This document shows, in pieces, positions 39,676 through 53,632 of a DNA stretch of 64,000 nt. The DNA is taken from contig NC_043003.1 of the NCBI RefSeq assembly GCF_006345805.1, forward strand, positions 39,928,001 to 39,992,000, read 5' to 3'. A program made the position numbers and the translations under genes. The stretch's first letter is position 1; each line of letters begins with the position of its first letter. The DNA comes from Octopus sinensis. Taxonomy: Eukaryota. A model generated the notes under the pieces. It was not told the origin of the DNA and ran no database searches. It saw only the letters and a list, made by a program, of their open reading frames with translations.

Positions 39676-40055
39676 GGATGGAAGCACTCCGTCGGTTACG
39701 ACGACGAGGGTTCCGGTTGATCCGATCAACGGAACAGCCTGCTCGTGAAATTAACGTGTAAGTGGCTGAGCACTCCACAGACACGTGTACCCTTTACGTA
39801 GTTCTCGGAGATATTCAGCGTGACACAGAGTGTGACAAGGCCGGCCCTTTGAAATACAGGTACAACAGAAACAAAGTGTGAGAGAAAGTTGTGGTGAAAG
39901 AGTACAGCAGGGATCACCCCCCCCCCCTGCCGGAGCCTCGTGGAGCTTTAGGTGTTTTCGCTCAATAAACACTCACAACGCCCGGTCTGGGAATCGAAAC
40001 CGCGATCCTACGACCGCGAGTCCGCTGCCCTAACCACTGGGCCATTGCGCCTCCA
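39676..40055 (-). mobile_element. SINE family C (tRNA-derived), intact with 12-bp TSD
   Basis: Minus-strand head GGAGGCGCAATGGCCCAGTGGTTAGGGCAGCGGACTCGCGGTCGTAGGATCGCGGTTTCGATTCCC; TSD GGATTAGAGAAG at 39664-39675 and 40056-40067. Confidence 0.9.
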
Positions 40056-40997
40056 GGATTAGAGAAGAGTTCGCTGGATAATGCAATCAAGGTTAAAACT
40101 AAACGTTGTAAGCAGATAAAGGAATATGGGATGGTTAAGTCTTTGATGTCCTTTTATCAACGGTCGACTTCTTTGGAGTCGACTCGGGACTTATCAACAA
40201 CGACGACAACTACAACACCAACAATATCAACAACAGCAGCAGTAACAACAACAACAACAGCAGCAGTAGTGCCAACAATAATGATCCCGAAACAAATATG
40301 ATAACCCTTATGTGGTTATTCATCATCATCATCATCATCATCATCATCGTCCAGTGTTTTAAATCCGGATTTTCTCCCCGTTAACAGGAGTGGTCGGATC
40401 TACCTCAATGCTATAGCAACCGAGGTAGTCAAGTGCAGCCCACCCCAACCTTCGGGCTGGCTGGTGCCTATTTTCCTTTGCTATCATGAGGCTTTTTTGG
40501 GAGCTGGATTTTCTACGGGGAGCTTACCCTTGCTTACTCCAACCTCAGTTTCTAGACATGAGTGGTCCTGAGACCAAGGCCTCTTCCACGATTTTTAAGA
40601 AATGTGGTGAAAAACTAGCTCAGGGAAGCAGAGACGCTACTCCCTGAGACTCCTTTCGGAGCTCCCATCCCTCTTACAAATGCCGGCTGAATCTTCCTCA
40701 GAAACATCCCTACCCATCATGGAGAAGACGGAATGATGTGCTTTTGGGCGGGGAGATGTATAAACGGTGCCAACTTCCCTGATTAAGCGGTAAAAAAAAA
40801 AAAAAAACGTAATCCCACGAAATTGCAAAATTAATTATTTTAATCAATTCAGATGTGTTCCTACAAAATTTTCAGCTTTAATAATTCACATTGGTGCTAA
40901 AACGGTTCCAGAACCCTACAGTATTCAAAATTCATTGGTTATTGATCTTTGAAGCTGATGGTGGTGGTGGTGGTGGTGGTGGTGGTGGTGGTGGTGG

Positions 40998-41049
<52 letters not shown>

Positions 41050-41393
41050 AGTCGTCGTCGTCGTTGTTGTTGCTGTTGTGGTTTTTAACATTCTAACTGA
41101 CCATCCCGACCTATTTAGCGGGGGGGGGTGCATTTGAAACTACATTATTTCAATTAACCCTTTATTTATTTATTTATTTAAGATGGTAAAATTATTTCTT
41201 TTCAACAGAAATTTGGCTGCTATTTCTAACTGGTCGAGACATCACATTGAGACCCTCACCGTGGTTATTACCGATTAATCTATAATGGATTGTTGACTTT
41301 ACATCATCTGTGACTCAGTTTATTTGTTTAACGGCTCAGATCTTGTGTGGTTTACTGCGTTGTAAACGGATGTAGTGACGGTGGTAGTGGTGG

Positions 41394-41442
<49 letters not shown>

Positions 41443-41563
41443 GCTTCTGCTTCTGCTGCTGCTGCTGCTGCTACTACTACTACTACTACTACTACTACTG
41501 CTGCTACTACTACTACTACTACTACTTCTGCTGCTACTACTACTACTACTACTACTACTGCTG

Positions 41564-41607
<44 letters not shown>

Positions 41608-41924
41608 GCTACTGCTGCAGCTGCTGCTTGTTATACTTGTGGTGGGAAATATGCTGATGGTGAAGATGGTGCTGGTGCTGGTGGTGGGTTTTGTTAGTGG
41701 TGTTGGTGTCGTTCATGGTTTGCGTGCTGCTGCTGCTGATGATGATGACGACGACGACGATAATGATGATGACGGTGACGACGACGACGATGATAATGAT
41801 GATGACGATGTTGATGGTGAATAATGAGGAAGAGGAGGATTCATAATAATGTGTAACATTAGCGGTGAAAGAAAGAAAGAGAGAGAGAAAGAGGAAGAAT
41901 ATGTGCGTGTGTGTGAGCGTAATT

Positions 41925-41955
<31 letters not shown>

Positions 41956-42999
41956 CGCGTGTGTGTGTGTTTGTGTGTGATGTGGTGTGGTAGGGGTGCC
42001 TTGACCAATTCGCCAATCGGTTGGTTAGGTAACTTGACGTAGTGTTAAACCATTCAATCTAGACCGGATATCTTTTGTTCGCCGACACTTAAGCACCATC
42101 ACCGCCTTGTTAGACACGGCATGTTGCATTTGTTATGAGTGACTGGTTAACTGGGGGAATGAAGGGATGATGGGTGGAGACAGACAAGTGTTAAACAGGG
42201 GTAGTATTGTAATAATTAAGGCAATGAAGCTGGTTGGTGGTGGTAGTTACGCTATTGGTGATAGTGGTGCTTCTGCTACCGTTGGTAGTTGTGGCATTGG
42301 TTATAATTGTGATGATGGTATTGGGTATTGGTGATTGTTCTGATGGAGTTGCTCTGCTGGTGGTGCTGTTGGTGATGACAGAGGTAGTGGTGGTAGAGGT
42401 AGTGATGGTGGTTATGGTAAAAGTAGTGATAATGATGTTCAGAGAGGTGGTGTTAGTTGTAACAGTTGTAATAGTAGTATTGTCAGTGTTATGATAGTGG
42501 TTAATGGTGGTGTTGGTGATAGTATCTGAAGCCATATTGCCATTGTTGTTGTTTAGCCCTCACTGAACGAATCTACGATCAAAGACGTTCCAGCCATAGC
42601 CATCCAATCGTTTGTTGCAGACTACATTAACCAATGAATCTTCACTTAAAATATTAGTTGTACTATTTGAGTGAGATGTGACTGTTATATCGAGCATATT
42701 GTGTGACTGCATAATGATTGCGTAATGAGTATCTTGTCTGTAGCAGCAGAGATGAAGGATGTTGTGGTTAATAGTGAATTATAGTATATAAGCAATGTTT
42801 CTGCCCGAATTACTCTTGCAGAAAACATTGCCGAATCGACTAGATTATCGGATGTGATTATATATCGCTGGTCACAATGCGCTTCCTCGCATTGCTGTAG
42901 GTATCAAATGATGCCATCCAACTTGGTAGGTAGGCAGGTCATCATTCCCTCTGAATGAAATGCCAATTGGTCTCAGGGTTACCCCTTTACAGCTGAATT

Positions 43000-43235
43000 T
43001 TTTGCCATGGGCCCCTTTGATACCTGCTTTATTCTATTGGACTCTCTGAGCCATTTAATAATGCTTTAAAAATACTATTATATTTTTATAATGAAATATC
43101 ATAAAGAATTGTATTGAATAATTGTTAAAACATTTTGTGTTTGTAGAAGTATACCCAATCCATTGCACGTAAATTTTAACAGCGAAATATTATATGGATC
43201 CCCAAGGGCCATGTGAACCCGGTTGAAAATCACTG
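43000..43235 (-). mobile_element. hAT MITE (family of 34856-35095)
   Basis: Reverse-complement homology; terminus GGTTGAAAATCACTG. Confidence 0.6.
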
Positions 43236-43402
43236 CGTTAGAGTGTTAGACAAATGTCTTGCAGTATTTCTTCTAGTTTTGAGTTCAAATCCCCTCGAGA
43301 TCAACTTTGCCTTTCGTCCTTTCATTAAAACTCATAATTAGCAGAAAGCATGGAGAAGGTGGTGGTGGTGGTGGTCACGATAATGATTATAGTGCTATAC
43401 AC

Positions 43403-44035
<633 letters not shown>

Positions 44036-44614
44036 ATCAATACGTTTTTTTTATATATTTGTCCATTCTTTGTTGTATTACGATTGTAATTGTCATGATT
44101 GCCAGTTTCAATAACAACTCTATCGTTGATGATGATGATGCCGTCGCCATTGTTGTTGTTGTTGCTGCTGCTGCTGTTGTTGTTGTTCTGACTCTCGTAA
44201 TTGTGTAGTCCCAGATCAGATGTAAATCAGGCAAATCTAAAGCAAACAACTCATCCATGAACATTCTCGAGACTACACGAGGCAATGTATCCTGTCTTTC
44301 TTAAACACAGTAATATGTAATTTAAGATAGATATGTCTGATAGGCTGTGCAACCACATTGAGACTTGTTGCCTCGGGTTCTCGTTCGTTTTGATGGTGTT
44401 GATGATGAGGAGGGTAATGGTGTTGGTGGTGGAGTTGGCAGTGTTGAGACAGGTGATGATTATGAGACAGGTGATGATGGGTGACGATGTTATTGATGAA
44501 GTTGTTGCAGTATTTATATGTGTGCGTATATATATATATATAATATATATATATATGTAGTATGTATGTATATATCTATGTATATATGTATATATGTATA
44601 TATATATATACATG

Positions 44615-44646
<32 letters not shown>

Positions 44647-44657
44647 ATATATATATA

Positions 44658-44727
<70 letters not shown>

Positions 44728-44730
<3 letters not shown>

Positions 44731-45567
44731 ATATTCGGAATGGTCATATTGCCAGTTTAGCCAATAAAAACACACGCACTATATATTTGGTGTTATTTTT
44801 GCTTCAGTGATATTTATTTTTTACATTAATCTTAATCTTATTTCGGCAAAGTTCTTTCGTCACACTCCTGTGACCGCATCAGTGGTCCTTTGTTTTCTTC
44901 TCACTTACTTGTGTCTCTCCTTACTAACCGTCAGCCATTTTGTATTTCTATTGTATGTCTTCATTTGCGCATGCTTATATCTCCATGTGCGTCTATGTTT
45001 ATTTAGTGTGTGTGTGGGGGGGATGCCTGTAATATTTCTATCTTCTGTTTATATATATATATATATACATTCTTGTAATTTGTATTTTGTTTTTGTTGTT
45101 GTTGCTTTTGTTCGAATTTTGTTCATGTGTTTACATCCACCCATTATTATCATTACATATGCTTGTATGTATGTATAACAACAATATTAGTAATAATAAT
45201 AATAAATCTAATCGAAAAAAAAAAAAAAAAAGGAAGGTAAAAGCTCATCGATTCTGTACCAACACGCCGAACAAGAACACGGGGGATCAATCAATAACAT
45301 AGAGATTAAGATATTGTCCACACATAGAACAGATGCAACAATTAGACAAATTACAGAAGCTACACATATAATAGAAAATAAACCTAGCCTGAATAGAAAA
45401 CTAGAATGGAGCAATAGCACACACCACAACATATGACGATAGTGGATCCTGCAAACATAATAAATACACAGATAGTTAAAGAAATAGAATGAATAACTAT
45501 ATATATGTTTGTGTGTATATATATGTGTATATGTATATGTGTATACATGTGTGTATATATGTATATA

Positions 45568-45611
<44 letters not shown>

Positions 45612-46160
45612 TTTTTTTTTTTTCGATTAGATTTATTATTATTATTACTAATATTGTTGTTATACATACATACAAGCATATGTAATGATAATAATGGGTG
45701 GATGTAAACACATGAACAAAATTCGAACAAAAGCAACAACAACAAAAACAAAATACAAATTACAAGAATGTATATAAACAGAAGATAGAAATATTACAGG
45801 CATCCCCCCCACACACACACTAAATAAACATAGACGCACATGGAGATATAAGCATGCGCAAATGAAGACATACAATAGAAATACAAAATGGCTGACGGTT
45901 AGTAAGGAGAGACACAAGTAAGTGAGAAGAAAACAAAGGACCACTGATGCGGTCACAGGAGTGTGACGAAAGAACTTTGGCCGAAATAAGATTAAGATTA
46001 ATGTAAAAAATAAATAACACTGAAGCAAAAATAACACCAAATATATAGTGCGTGTGTTTTTATTGGCTAAACTGGCAATATGACCATTCCGAAATATAAC
46101 AATATCTGTTTCAACACACGACTTCACATAAAAAATCTTGCACAACAAATATTTAAACGT
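44728..46160 (+). mobile_element. 5'-truncated PLE with about 500-bp inverted pLTR copies
   Basis: 44728-45231 is the near-identical reverse complement of 45611-46100; an endonuclease fragment lies between; both outer ends run into (TA)n. Confidence 0.8.
45248..45436 (+). pseudogene. PLE GIY-YIG endonuclease C-terminal fragment
   Basis: SILYQHAEQEHGGSINNIEIKILSTHRTDATIRQITEATHIIENKPSLNRKLEW...stop, all in one frame. Confidence 0.7.
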
Positions 46161-46194
46161 ACTATATATATATATATAGATATATATATATATA

Positions 46195-47055
46195 TATACA
46201 AAATACAAAAATGGGACAAGAACGCAAAACATCCAGACAGACAATACGAAAAAAACAAGGACGAGTCATTCGGAGTTTTCTTTCCTCAGTCGAGGCTGGT
46301 TATACTCAAGATTGCTCCAATCTGGCCAGCCCCAAGGAAAAACTAAGCTAAGAGCATTAGACCCCCTGGAAGAAAGCAGCGAATGTATACGAAAACAAGG
46401 AGGGGAAAAAACGGAGAAATGTTACACAAATACAAATGGAAATAACAGGACATAACAACAGGTGTCTTTCGACTAAGAACGAATTAAATTAAGCTGGCGT
46501 GTGTGGAAGTAAAGCCTTGCGGCAGGGACATAAGGTTTGACAAGCAGAAGGAGGAATATAGATGTTGCACGGATGGTAGTCGAACCAAGAAAGAAAGGTC
46601 AGGCTTGGCCGAACACCGGTCACGTGGGGAGAAAAGAGAGAGAGGTAGAGGCAGAGGGATAGAAGAATTAAGGAGGGGCGAGAAAAAATTAAAGGAACAG
46701 AGTGATGTGAAAGTGGTGGGAAAGTGAGCATGAAGAGAAGGCCAGGAAATGTGAGAGAGGGGGAACGAAAAAACGAAGATTGGAATGAATGAAGTAAGTG
46801 TGAAAGGGCTGATAGAATTAAGGAAAATTTATATATATATACTTACATATAAGAAACCAAAGTGTACGTACGCCGCTATACTTTCATTCTTTCCACCTGT
46901 TATGTCCTGTTATTTGCATTTGTATTTGTGTAACATTTCTCATTTTTTCCGTCCTTGTTTTCTTTGTATCGTCTGTCTGAATGTTTTGTTGTCCCTTTCT
47001 TGTATCACCTAACTGTCAGGATATTTTGCGTTCTTGACCCATTTTTGTATTATAT
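46195..47055. mobile_element. TA-flanked element with diverged inverted ends (pLTR-like)
   Basis: 46195-46460 is partly the reverse complement of 46880-47055; related to 18825-18950. Confidence 0.55.
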
Positions 47056-47111
47056 AAATATATATTTTTTTTTTATACATATATACATACGTATATATAT
47101 ATATATATAAT

Positions 47112-47144
<33 letters not shown>

Positions 47145-47155
47145 TATGTGTGTGT

Positions 47156-47196
<41 letters not shown>

Positions 47197-47207
47197 CACA
47201 TACATGT

Positions 47208-47540
47208 GAAGGCGCATGGCTCAGTGGTTAGAGCGTCGATCTTACGACCGTGAGGTTGTGAGTTCGAAACTCGGACCGGGCTGCATGTTGTGTTCTTGAG
47301 CAAGACACTTTATTTCACATTGCTCCAGTTCACTCATCTGTAGAAATGAGTTACGACGTCACTGGTGCCAAGCTGTATCGACCTTTGTCTTTCCCTTGGA
47401 TAACACTGGTGGCGTGGAGAGGGGAGGCTGGTATCCATGGGCGACTGCTGGTCTTCCATAAACAACCTTGTCCGGACTTGTGCCTCAGAGGGTAACTTTC
47501 TAGGTACAATCCCATGGTCATTCGTGACCGAAGGGGGTCT
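47208..47540 (+). mobile_element. SINE family D (tRNA head plus conserved TTGAGCAAGACACTTTATTTCAC core)
   Basis: A box TGGCTCAGTGG, B box GAGTTCGAAAC; homologs at 59815-60095 and 39340-39495. Confidence 0.8.
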
Positions 47541-47747
47541 CCGCCATACACATACATACAAATATCTATCTATCTGTCTGTTTGTCTGTCTGTCTGCCTG
47601 TTTGTCTGTCTGTCTGTCTATCTATACATACATATCTATACATACATATCTATACATACATATCTATACATACATACATACATACATACATACACATACA
47701 TACATACATGTATATGTGTGTGTGTGTGTGGGGGGGGGTTGAGAGTA

Positions 47748-47780
<33 letters not shown>

Positions 47781-47878
47781 AAAATAAGTAAATGAGTAAA
47801 TTTCACCAGTGGCACTACAAGAGGATGAACCTCTCCAAACGCAACCATATATAAATATATATACACACACACATACAT

Positions 47879-47909
<31 letters not shown>

Positions 47910-47934
47910 TACATACATACATACATACATACAT

Positions 47935-47965
<31 letters not shown>

Positions 47966-47978
47966 TACATACATACAT

Positions 47979-48009
<31 letters not shown>

Positions 48010-48051
48010 TACATACATACATACATACATACATACATACATACATACATA

Positions 48052-48662
48052 CAAGAGAAAGGCTGAGGAAGAAAGGGAGGGCACGAAGAAAAATTAAGCA
48101 TGGACAACAGGTAAATCACAAGCACAGTGCAAGATACCAAGCAAGGTCACCATACTCTTTCATCAGCTGTTGACTGAAGGTCAAAGCAATTTCGGTGCGT
48201 TAATGAACAGAAGAGCATACTCGCCTCAGCAAGTCCCCGAGTCTGGTGTCAAGATAAGGCGACAAACAAGTTTACAAAGATTAAGCAAACTAGAATGAGA
48301 GAGAAAGATGGGAGAGAGGACGAGAGGGAAAGAGAAACAGAGAGAGAGAGAGAGAGTGAGTGAGTGAGTGATGGAGTGTGTGTGTGTGTGAGCGAGTGAG
48401 TGAGTAAGAAAGTGTAGGTGATCGCTGAAAATTGACACACATACACACACATACACACATACACACACATACACACACACACACAAACACACACACAAAC
48501 ACACACACACACACATACACAAATACACATACACATATATACACACGCACACACACACAAACACACACACACATACAAACACACACACATGCAAACACAC
48601 ACACACACACATACACACACACACATATATATACACACACACACACATACACACACATACAT

Positions 48663-48693
<31 letters not shown>

Positions 48694-49330
48694 TACATAC
48701 ATACATACATACATACATACATACATACATACATACAAGAGAAAGGCTGAGGAAGAAAGGGAGGGCACGAAGAAAAATTAAGCATGGACAACAGGTAATC
48801 ACAAGCACAGTGCAAGATACCAAGCAAGGTCACCATACTCTTTCATCAGCTGTTGACTGAAGGTCAAAGCAATTTCGGTGCGTTAATGAACAGAAGAGCA
48901 TACTCGCCTCAGCAAGTCCCCGAGTCTGGTGTCAAGATAAGGCGACAAACAAGTTTACAAAGATTAAGCAAACTAGAATGAGAGAGAAAGATGGGAGAGA
49001 GAGGACGAGAGGGAAAGAGAAACAGAGAGGAGAGAGAGAGAGTGAGTGAGTGAGTGATGGAGTGTGTGTGTTGTGAGCGAGTGAGTGAGTAAGAAAGTGT
49101 AGGTGATCGCTGAAAATTGACACACATACACACACATACACACATACACACACATACACACACACACACAAACACACACACAAACACACACACACACACA
49201 TACACAAATACACATACACATATATACACACGCACACACACACAAACACACACACACATACAAACACACACACATGCAAACACACACATACACACACACA
49301 CACACATATATATACACACACACACACACA
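48052..49330. repeat. Tandem duplication, period 684 bp
   Basis: The unit starting CAAGAGAAAGGCTGAGG occurs at 48052 and 48736; differences are mostly small indels. Confidence 0.9.
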
Positions 49331-49663
49331 CTAGTTCCATTGTTATTTGTTTTTGTTGTTGTTTCTATTGTTGCTGTTCTTTTTTCCATGTAGACAGTAC
49401 TACCCCCACTATCTAAACTCTTGCCAACACCTCTACAAAGTTACCGATAACATGATAACGTGTGTCTAATTCTATATCAAAAGATATCAAGTGAGCACAA
49501 TGGGTAGGAGGGGTGGTAGTGTAGGAGTAGTGTAAGGAGATGCAAGATGGCGACACAAGCCGTCTATTGTTGGTGAAATCCATTTTCAGTTTCCGCGTAC
49601 ATTTGAATATGTGTTTGTAGCTGTGTATGTGCAAGCGTACGTTTGTGTACCTTCTCTCTCTCT

Positions 49664-49737
<74 letters not shown>

Positions 49738-50600
49738 TCCACACATACATTCTCATATATATAAACATACTACATGCAGATATATTACACGCATACATTT
49801 GCATATTACCTATAACATTTATTAACAAAGGAAGCTATTTACTGAAACGTTTTGCCGATACCGATTCAAAACAGACTGTTTTAAGACGCTATTATTTGTG
49901 AAACTCTGATGCAACAATTGATAATAAATATTACTTTGGCTCTGTAGCCATTATTGTGTCCTTTCATCGGTGCATGAATAGTCTATACAAATGCACAAAC
50001 CTATAAAACAAACGATTAGATATTATGATGATTGTCGTCTCCTTGTGTTTCCTCGTTGTCAATGATATTTCTGTGTTGTCATCCATTTTTTTTCTTTCAG
50101 ATGTCTGTTCACTCACGTTGCATAGTTCGAAGCATAAGTGACAGACTAAGGCTGTAACTTATTCTGCGCTTCCAGCTGGTTAGGTCTGCATACGCCGCGA
50201 TCCTTCCATCACCATAGCACTTTCACTAGATGTCATGACAAATGAGGCTACTATAAAGAGACATCTGCTTGTCATTGGATTATAGTAATAAACGCGCGTA
50301 CAATGCGAGTATTAGTCTCCGAGTGTCTGTGATTAGTACCTAGTAACAGGCCAAAGGGAGATGTCTGTTAATCAGGTGAAACCACAGATTTTACATCAGA
50401 GTGTCCCTCTCCTAAAAGCATGCTGTGAGAACAGCTAGAGGTCTCTCACTACCAGTGGTTTTACTGCGCGCCCTAATACTAACCAAGAGTGCTGATGATT
50501 GCTCTACCAGAGAGTGCCCCGATATGACTGATGGTATTTTGATACCTACTGACTTAAACGAGAAATTTTCTTCATGGCAAAACACGTGTCTGTGTGCAAG

Positions 50601-50631
<31 letters not shown>

Positions 50632-52092
50632 TGTGTGTGTGTGTGTGTGTGTGTGAGTTATGCATACAGGTTTGTGTGTGAGTATGGACGCAGGAATATA
50701 CCTTTCTGTCATATTGTATTGCGTGTGTATGTGTATCTTTGTGTATATGATACGAATTTTGCTTGGTTGGGTGTAGTTTTCACTTGATTCGGGGTATGTG
50801 TGTGCGTGTGAGCGCGTGAGCATGTAGACGTGTATATATTAGTAGCGTTTTGTGAAAGTGAGGCGCGCATGCGTGTGCATATACAGTGTTCGCGTGAGCA
50901 GGGGGTTGTTAAAACAAGTGCTAAGATTCGTGGATATTTTGTTAGATAAATGTATCATGCAGGATATGGCGTATATGTGTGTATGAGTAAGTGTGTGCGT
51001 GCAGTTTGTGAGTCGGGGGATGTTTACGGGGAGGGCTGATATTGAAATAACGCCGAAAGGCTGTGGGCTTGGAGGAAAACTAAAACGCCATTCTCTGCGA
51101 AGCCTGGAGTTCGTGGATCTGGTGTGTAAGACCAATCCAAATATGATTGATTGTAGTAACGAATGGTCCGCGGAGCGGAAGTAGCGAGAGCCCGAACCCT
51201 GGTTTCCGGGTTGGATGTGAAGATGTTCGTAAATCAGCCAACGATGTGACGGATGGGTTGATCTATGTACAAAGCATTGCAGAAAGAGCTTCTAAGGAGG
51301 TAAAGGAATCAGAAATCTGGAAGGTGCCAGGGTTTGATAATGTGAGGGATGTGGGGGTTGGTGAGAAACGGACAGGTATTGCAACGGTGCTGGAAATGGG
51401 GGTAAGATTCCGGAAAATGAAAGGGGGAAGGGGAAAAAGGCAGGAAGGTACGGGAAAATAAGTCACGTGGACTACGGACACATTTGAACGAAGGGAGTGA
51501 TGGATTATAGAGAGGGTTATGTTTATGTATTTACCAAGTGTCACATAATTTTTTCTTTTCAGATTTAAACATGTTTAACTGTACCATTTATGTGTGTGTA
51601 TATAGATATATTTATACACACACACATATATATGAACTTAAATATATAGAAATAAACTTGTATATCCCATCAGAATCTGTATCGGCCCCGATCAGTGGAT
51701 CAAGAAGTCACATGTTATACAACTCCCCAACCAGTGAAGCTAGAGGCAGTCACAATATCCACGGTGGCAGATCAAAGAGTCGCCGATATTACTTGAAGTT
51801 TCCACATCATTTGAATAAAGGTTAGTGAAAAACAAATCAACGGTAACCATCTATTAACAACAATTACACTAACACCACTAACGCAAGCAGCAACAAAATT
51901 ATCACAACACCACCATTATCCCTAATATCAGCAACACCTCTGCCATAACAACACTAACAACACAAAAACAATTCCATCATCACCACCAGTCCTAATAATA
52001 CCAATTACGAGTCATCGAGGGAATCTCTATGTTGTTCAATCTCCTAGAAACAGCAGCCAAGTTTGTCAGAATTCATATTTCAGTGTCTTTTA

Positions 52093-53368
52093 CGAGGGGC
52101 GTTCAATAAGTAATGCCTCTGACCCACTTGCCTTTGTTTGATCTAGCTGAAATTTTGCATGTGCAATTATTGATATCTCTATAGATTAAGTGGCAAATTA
52201 CAGCTCCGAATTAATTGTGGTTTCTGATTTACAGGTGTTTGAAATGAGTCAAGTGGGAAATGGAGCATGTTGAGTGTCGAGCAGTGATTCGGTTTTTGTA
52301 TTTGAAATGACGCACACCACAGGAGACTTTTAATGAAATGAAAGTAACTTATGGTGATGATGCCCCATCATATGACCTTGTAAAACGCTGGCATCGTGAA
52401 TTCAAACATGGTCGGAACTCTGTGGAAACAGCTCCCAGATCTGGTCGCACCCCTTCTGCCATTGATGAGGCATCTGTCCGTCAAGTTGAGGCTGCCATTT
52501 TGGAAGATCGACGCATAACTATTCGCCAAATAGCCCATGAGGTCAAGATTAGTACCGGGTCTGTGGAAACTATCATTCATGACCATTTGCATATGCAAAA
52601 GGTGTCTGCCAGATGGATTTCCAGGTTGCTCACACTTTTCCAGAAGTAAGAACGTAAGAATTCCAGAAGCAAGAATTTAGGGATGTGACAAGAAGATGAG
52701 TCAAAATTTTTCAAAAGACTGATTACACAGGATGAGACCTGGGTCCATCACTATGATCCAGAGACCAAAGCCCAGTCAATGCAGTGGAAGCACCATGATT
52801 CACCTCCTTCAAAGAAGGCAAGGGTGCAGCCCTCCGCTGGCAAGGTCATGCTCACAGTCTTCTGGGACCAGGACGGAGTAGTGATGACAGATTTCCTGGC
52901 AAAGGGTACCACAATTACAGGAGCCTATCATGTTTCACTTTTGAGGAAATTAAGAGAAGCTATCGAAACCAAGAGGCGGGGCAAGATCAGCAAAGGCATC
53001 CTCCTCCTGCAGGACAACGCTCCGGTCCACAACTCGCGTGTGCCAGATCAGAAGCACAGGCGTGCGGCTATGAACTCTTCCCCCATCCCCCTACTCTCCT
53101 GATTTTCACCTCTTCCCAGCCATGAAGTTGTTTTTGAAAGGAAAGCGTTTACCAGATGATGCAGCCTTGATTTCTGAAGTCACGTCGTGGTTGGAGGACC
53201 AAGCTGGGGTCTTCTACGAAAACGGTCTCCAGAACTGCATCAAACGATGGGAGAAATGCGTACCTCTGGGTTGTTCCTATGTAGAAAAAGACTAATACCT
53301 GTGCCAAGTTTCGTTGCTCTACTGCTATGGGAAGTGGGTCAGGGGCATTACTTATTGAACGCCCCTCG
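52093..53368 (+). mobile_element. Full-length mariner (DD34D-type) transposon, 1276 bp
   Basis: 40-bp TIRs CGAGGGGCGTTCAATAAGTAATGCC(T/C)CTGACCCACTT(G/C)CC; TA TSD at 52091-52092 and 53369-53370. Confidence 0.95.
52260..53295 (+). pseudogene. Mariner transposase, inactivated (stops, frameshifts, 15-bp deletion in the YSPDLAPSDF motif)
   Basis: MEHVECRAVIRFLYLK*...RSGRT...KVSARWISRLLT...ITQDETWVHHYDPE...KVMLTVFWD...LLQDNAPVH...YSPD-FHLFP...YVEKD*. Confidence 0.92.
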
Positions 53369-53412
53369 TAAATAAAAACGAGAAAAAATTCTCATAAAAT
53401 AACCCTCTCTAC

Positions 53413-53632
53413 TTTAGGCACAAGGCCTGAAATCTTAGGGGAAGGAGCTAGTCGATTTTATCGACCCCAGTGTTAAACTGGTACTTATTTTATTGCCCCC
53501 CCACCCTCTAAAGAACGAAAAGTAAAGTTAGGCACGTTGGAATTTGAACTCAGGACGTAAAGACAGACAAAATGCAGTTGAGCATTTTGCTTGGCGCGCT
53601 AACGTTTCTACCAGATCACCGCCTTATAGACA
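53413..53632 (-). mobile_element. SINE family B
   Basis: Reverse-complement homology to 3630-3846. Confidence 0.7.

Noticed and set aside
39985-40054. Genuine tRNA genes (also 2756-2822, 11581-11642, 47208-47280)
   Set aside because: They have A/B boxes but no proper acceptor stem, and they continue into repeat bodies, so they are SINE-type heads.
50425-51461. Protein-coding calls for ORFs 50425-50787 and 51147-51461
   Set aside because: Weak starts, partly microsatellite, and no recognisable family.
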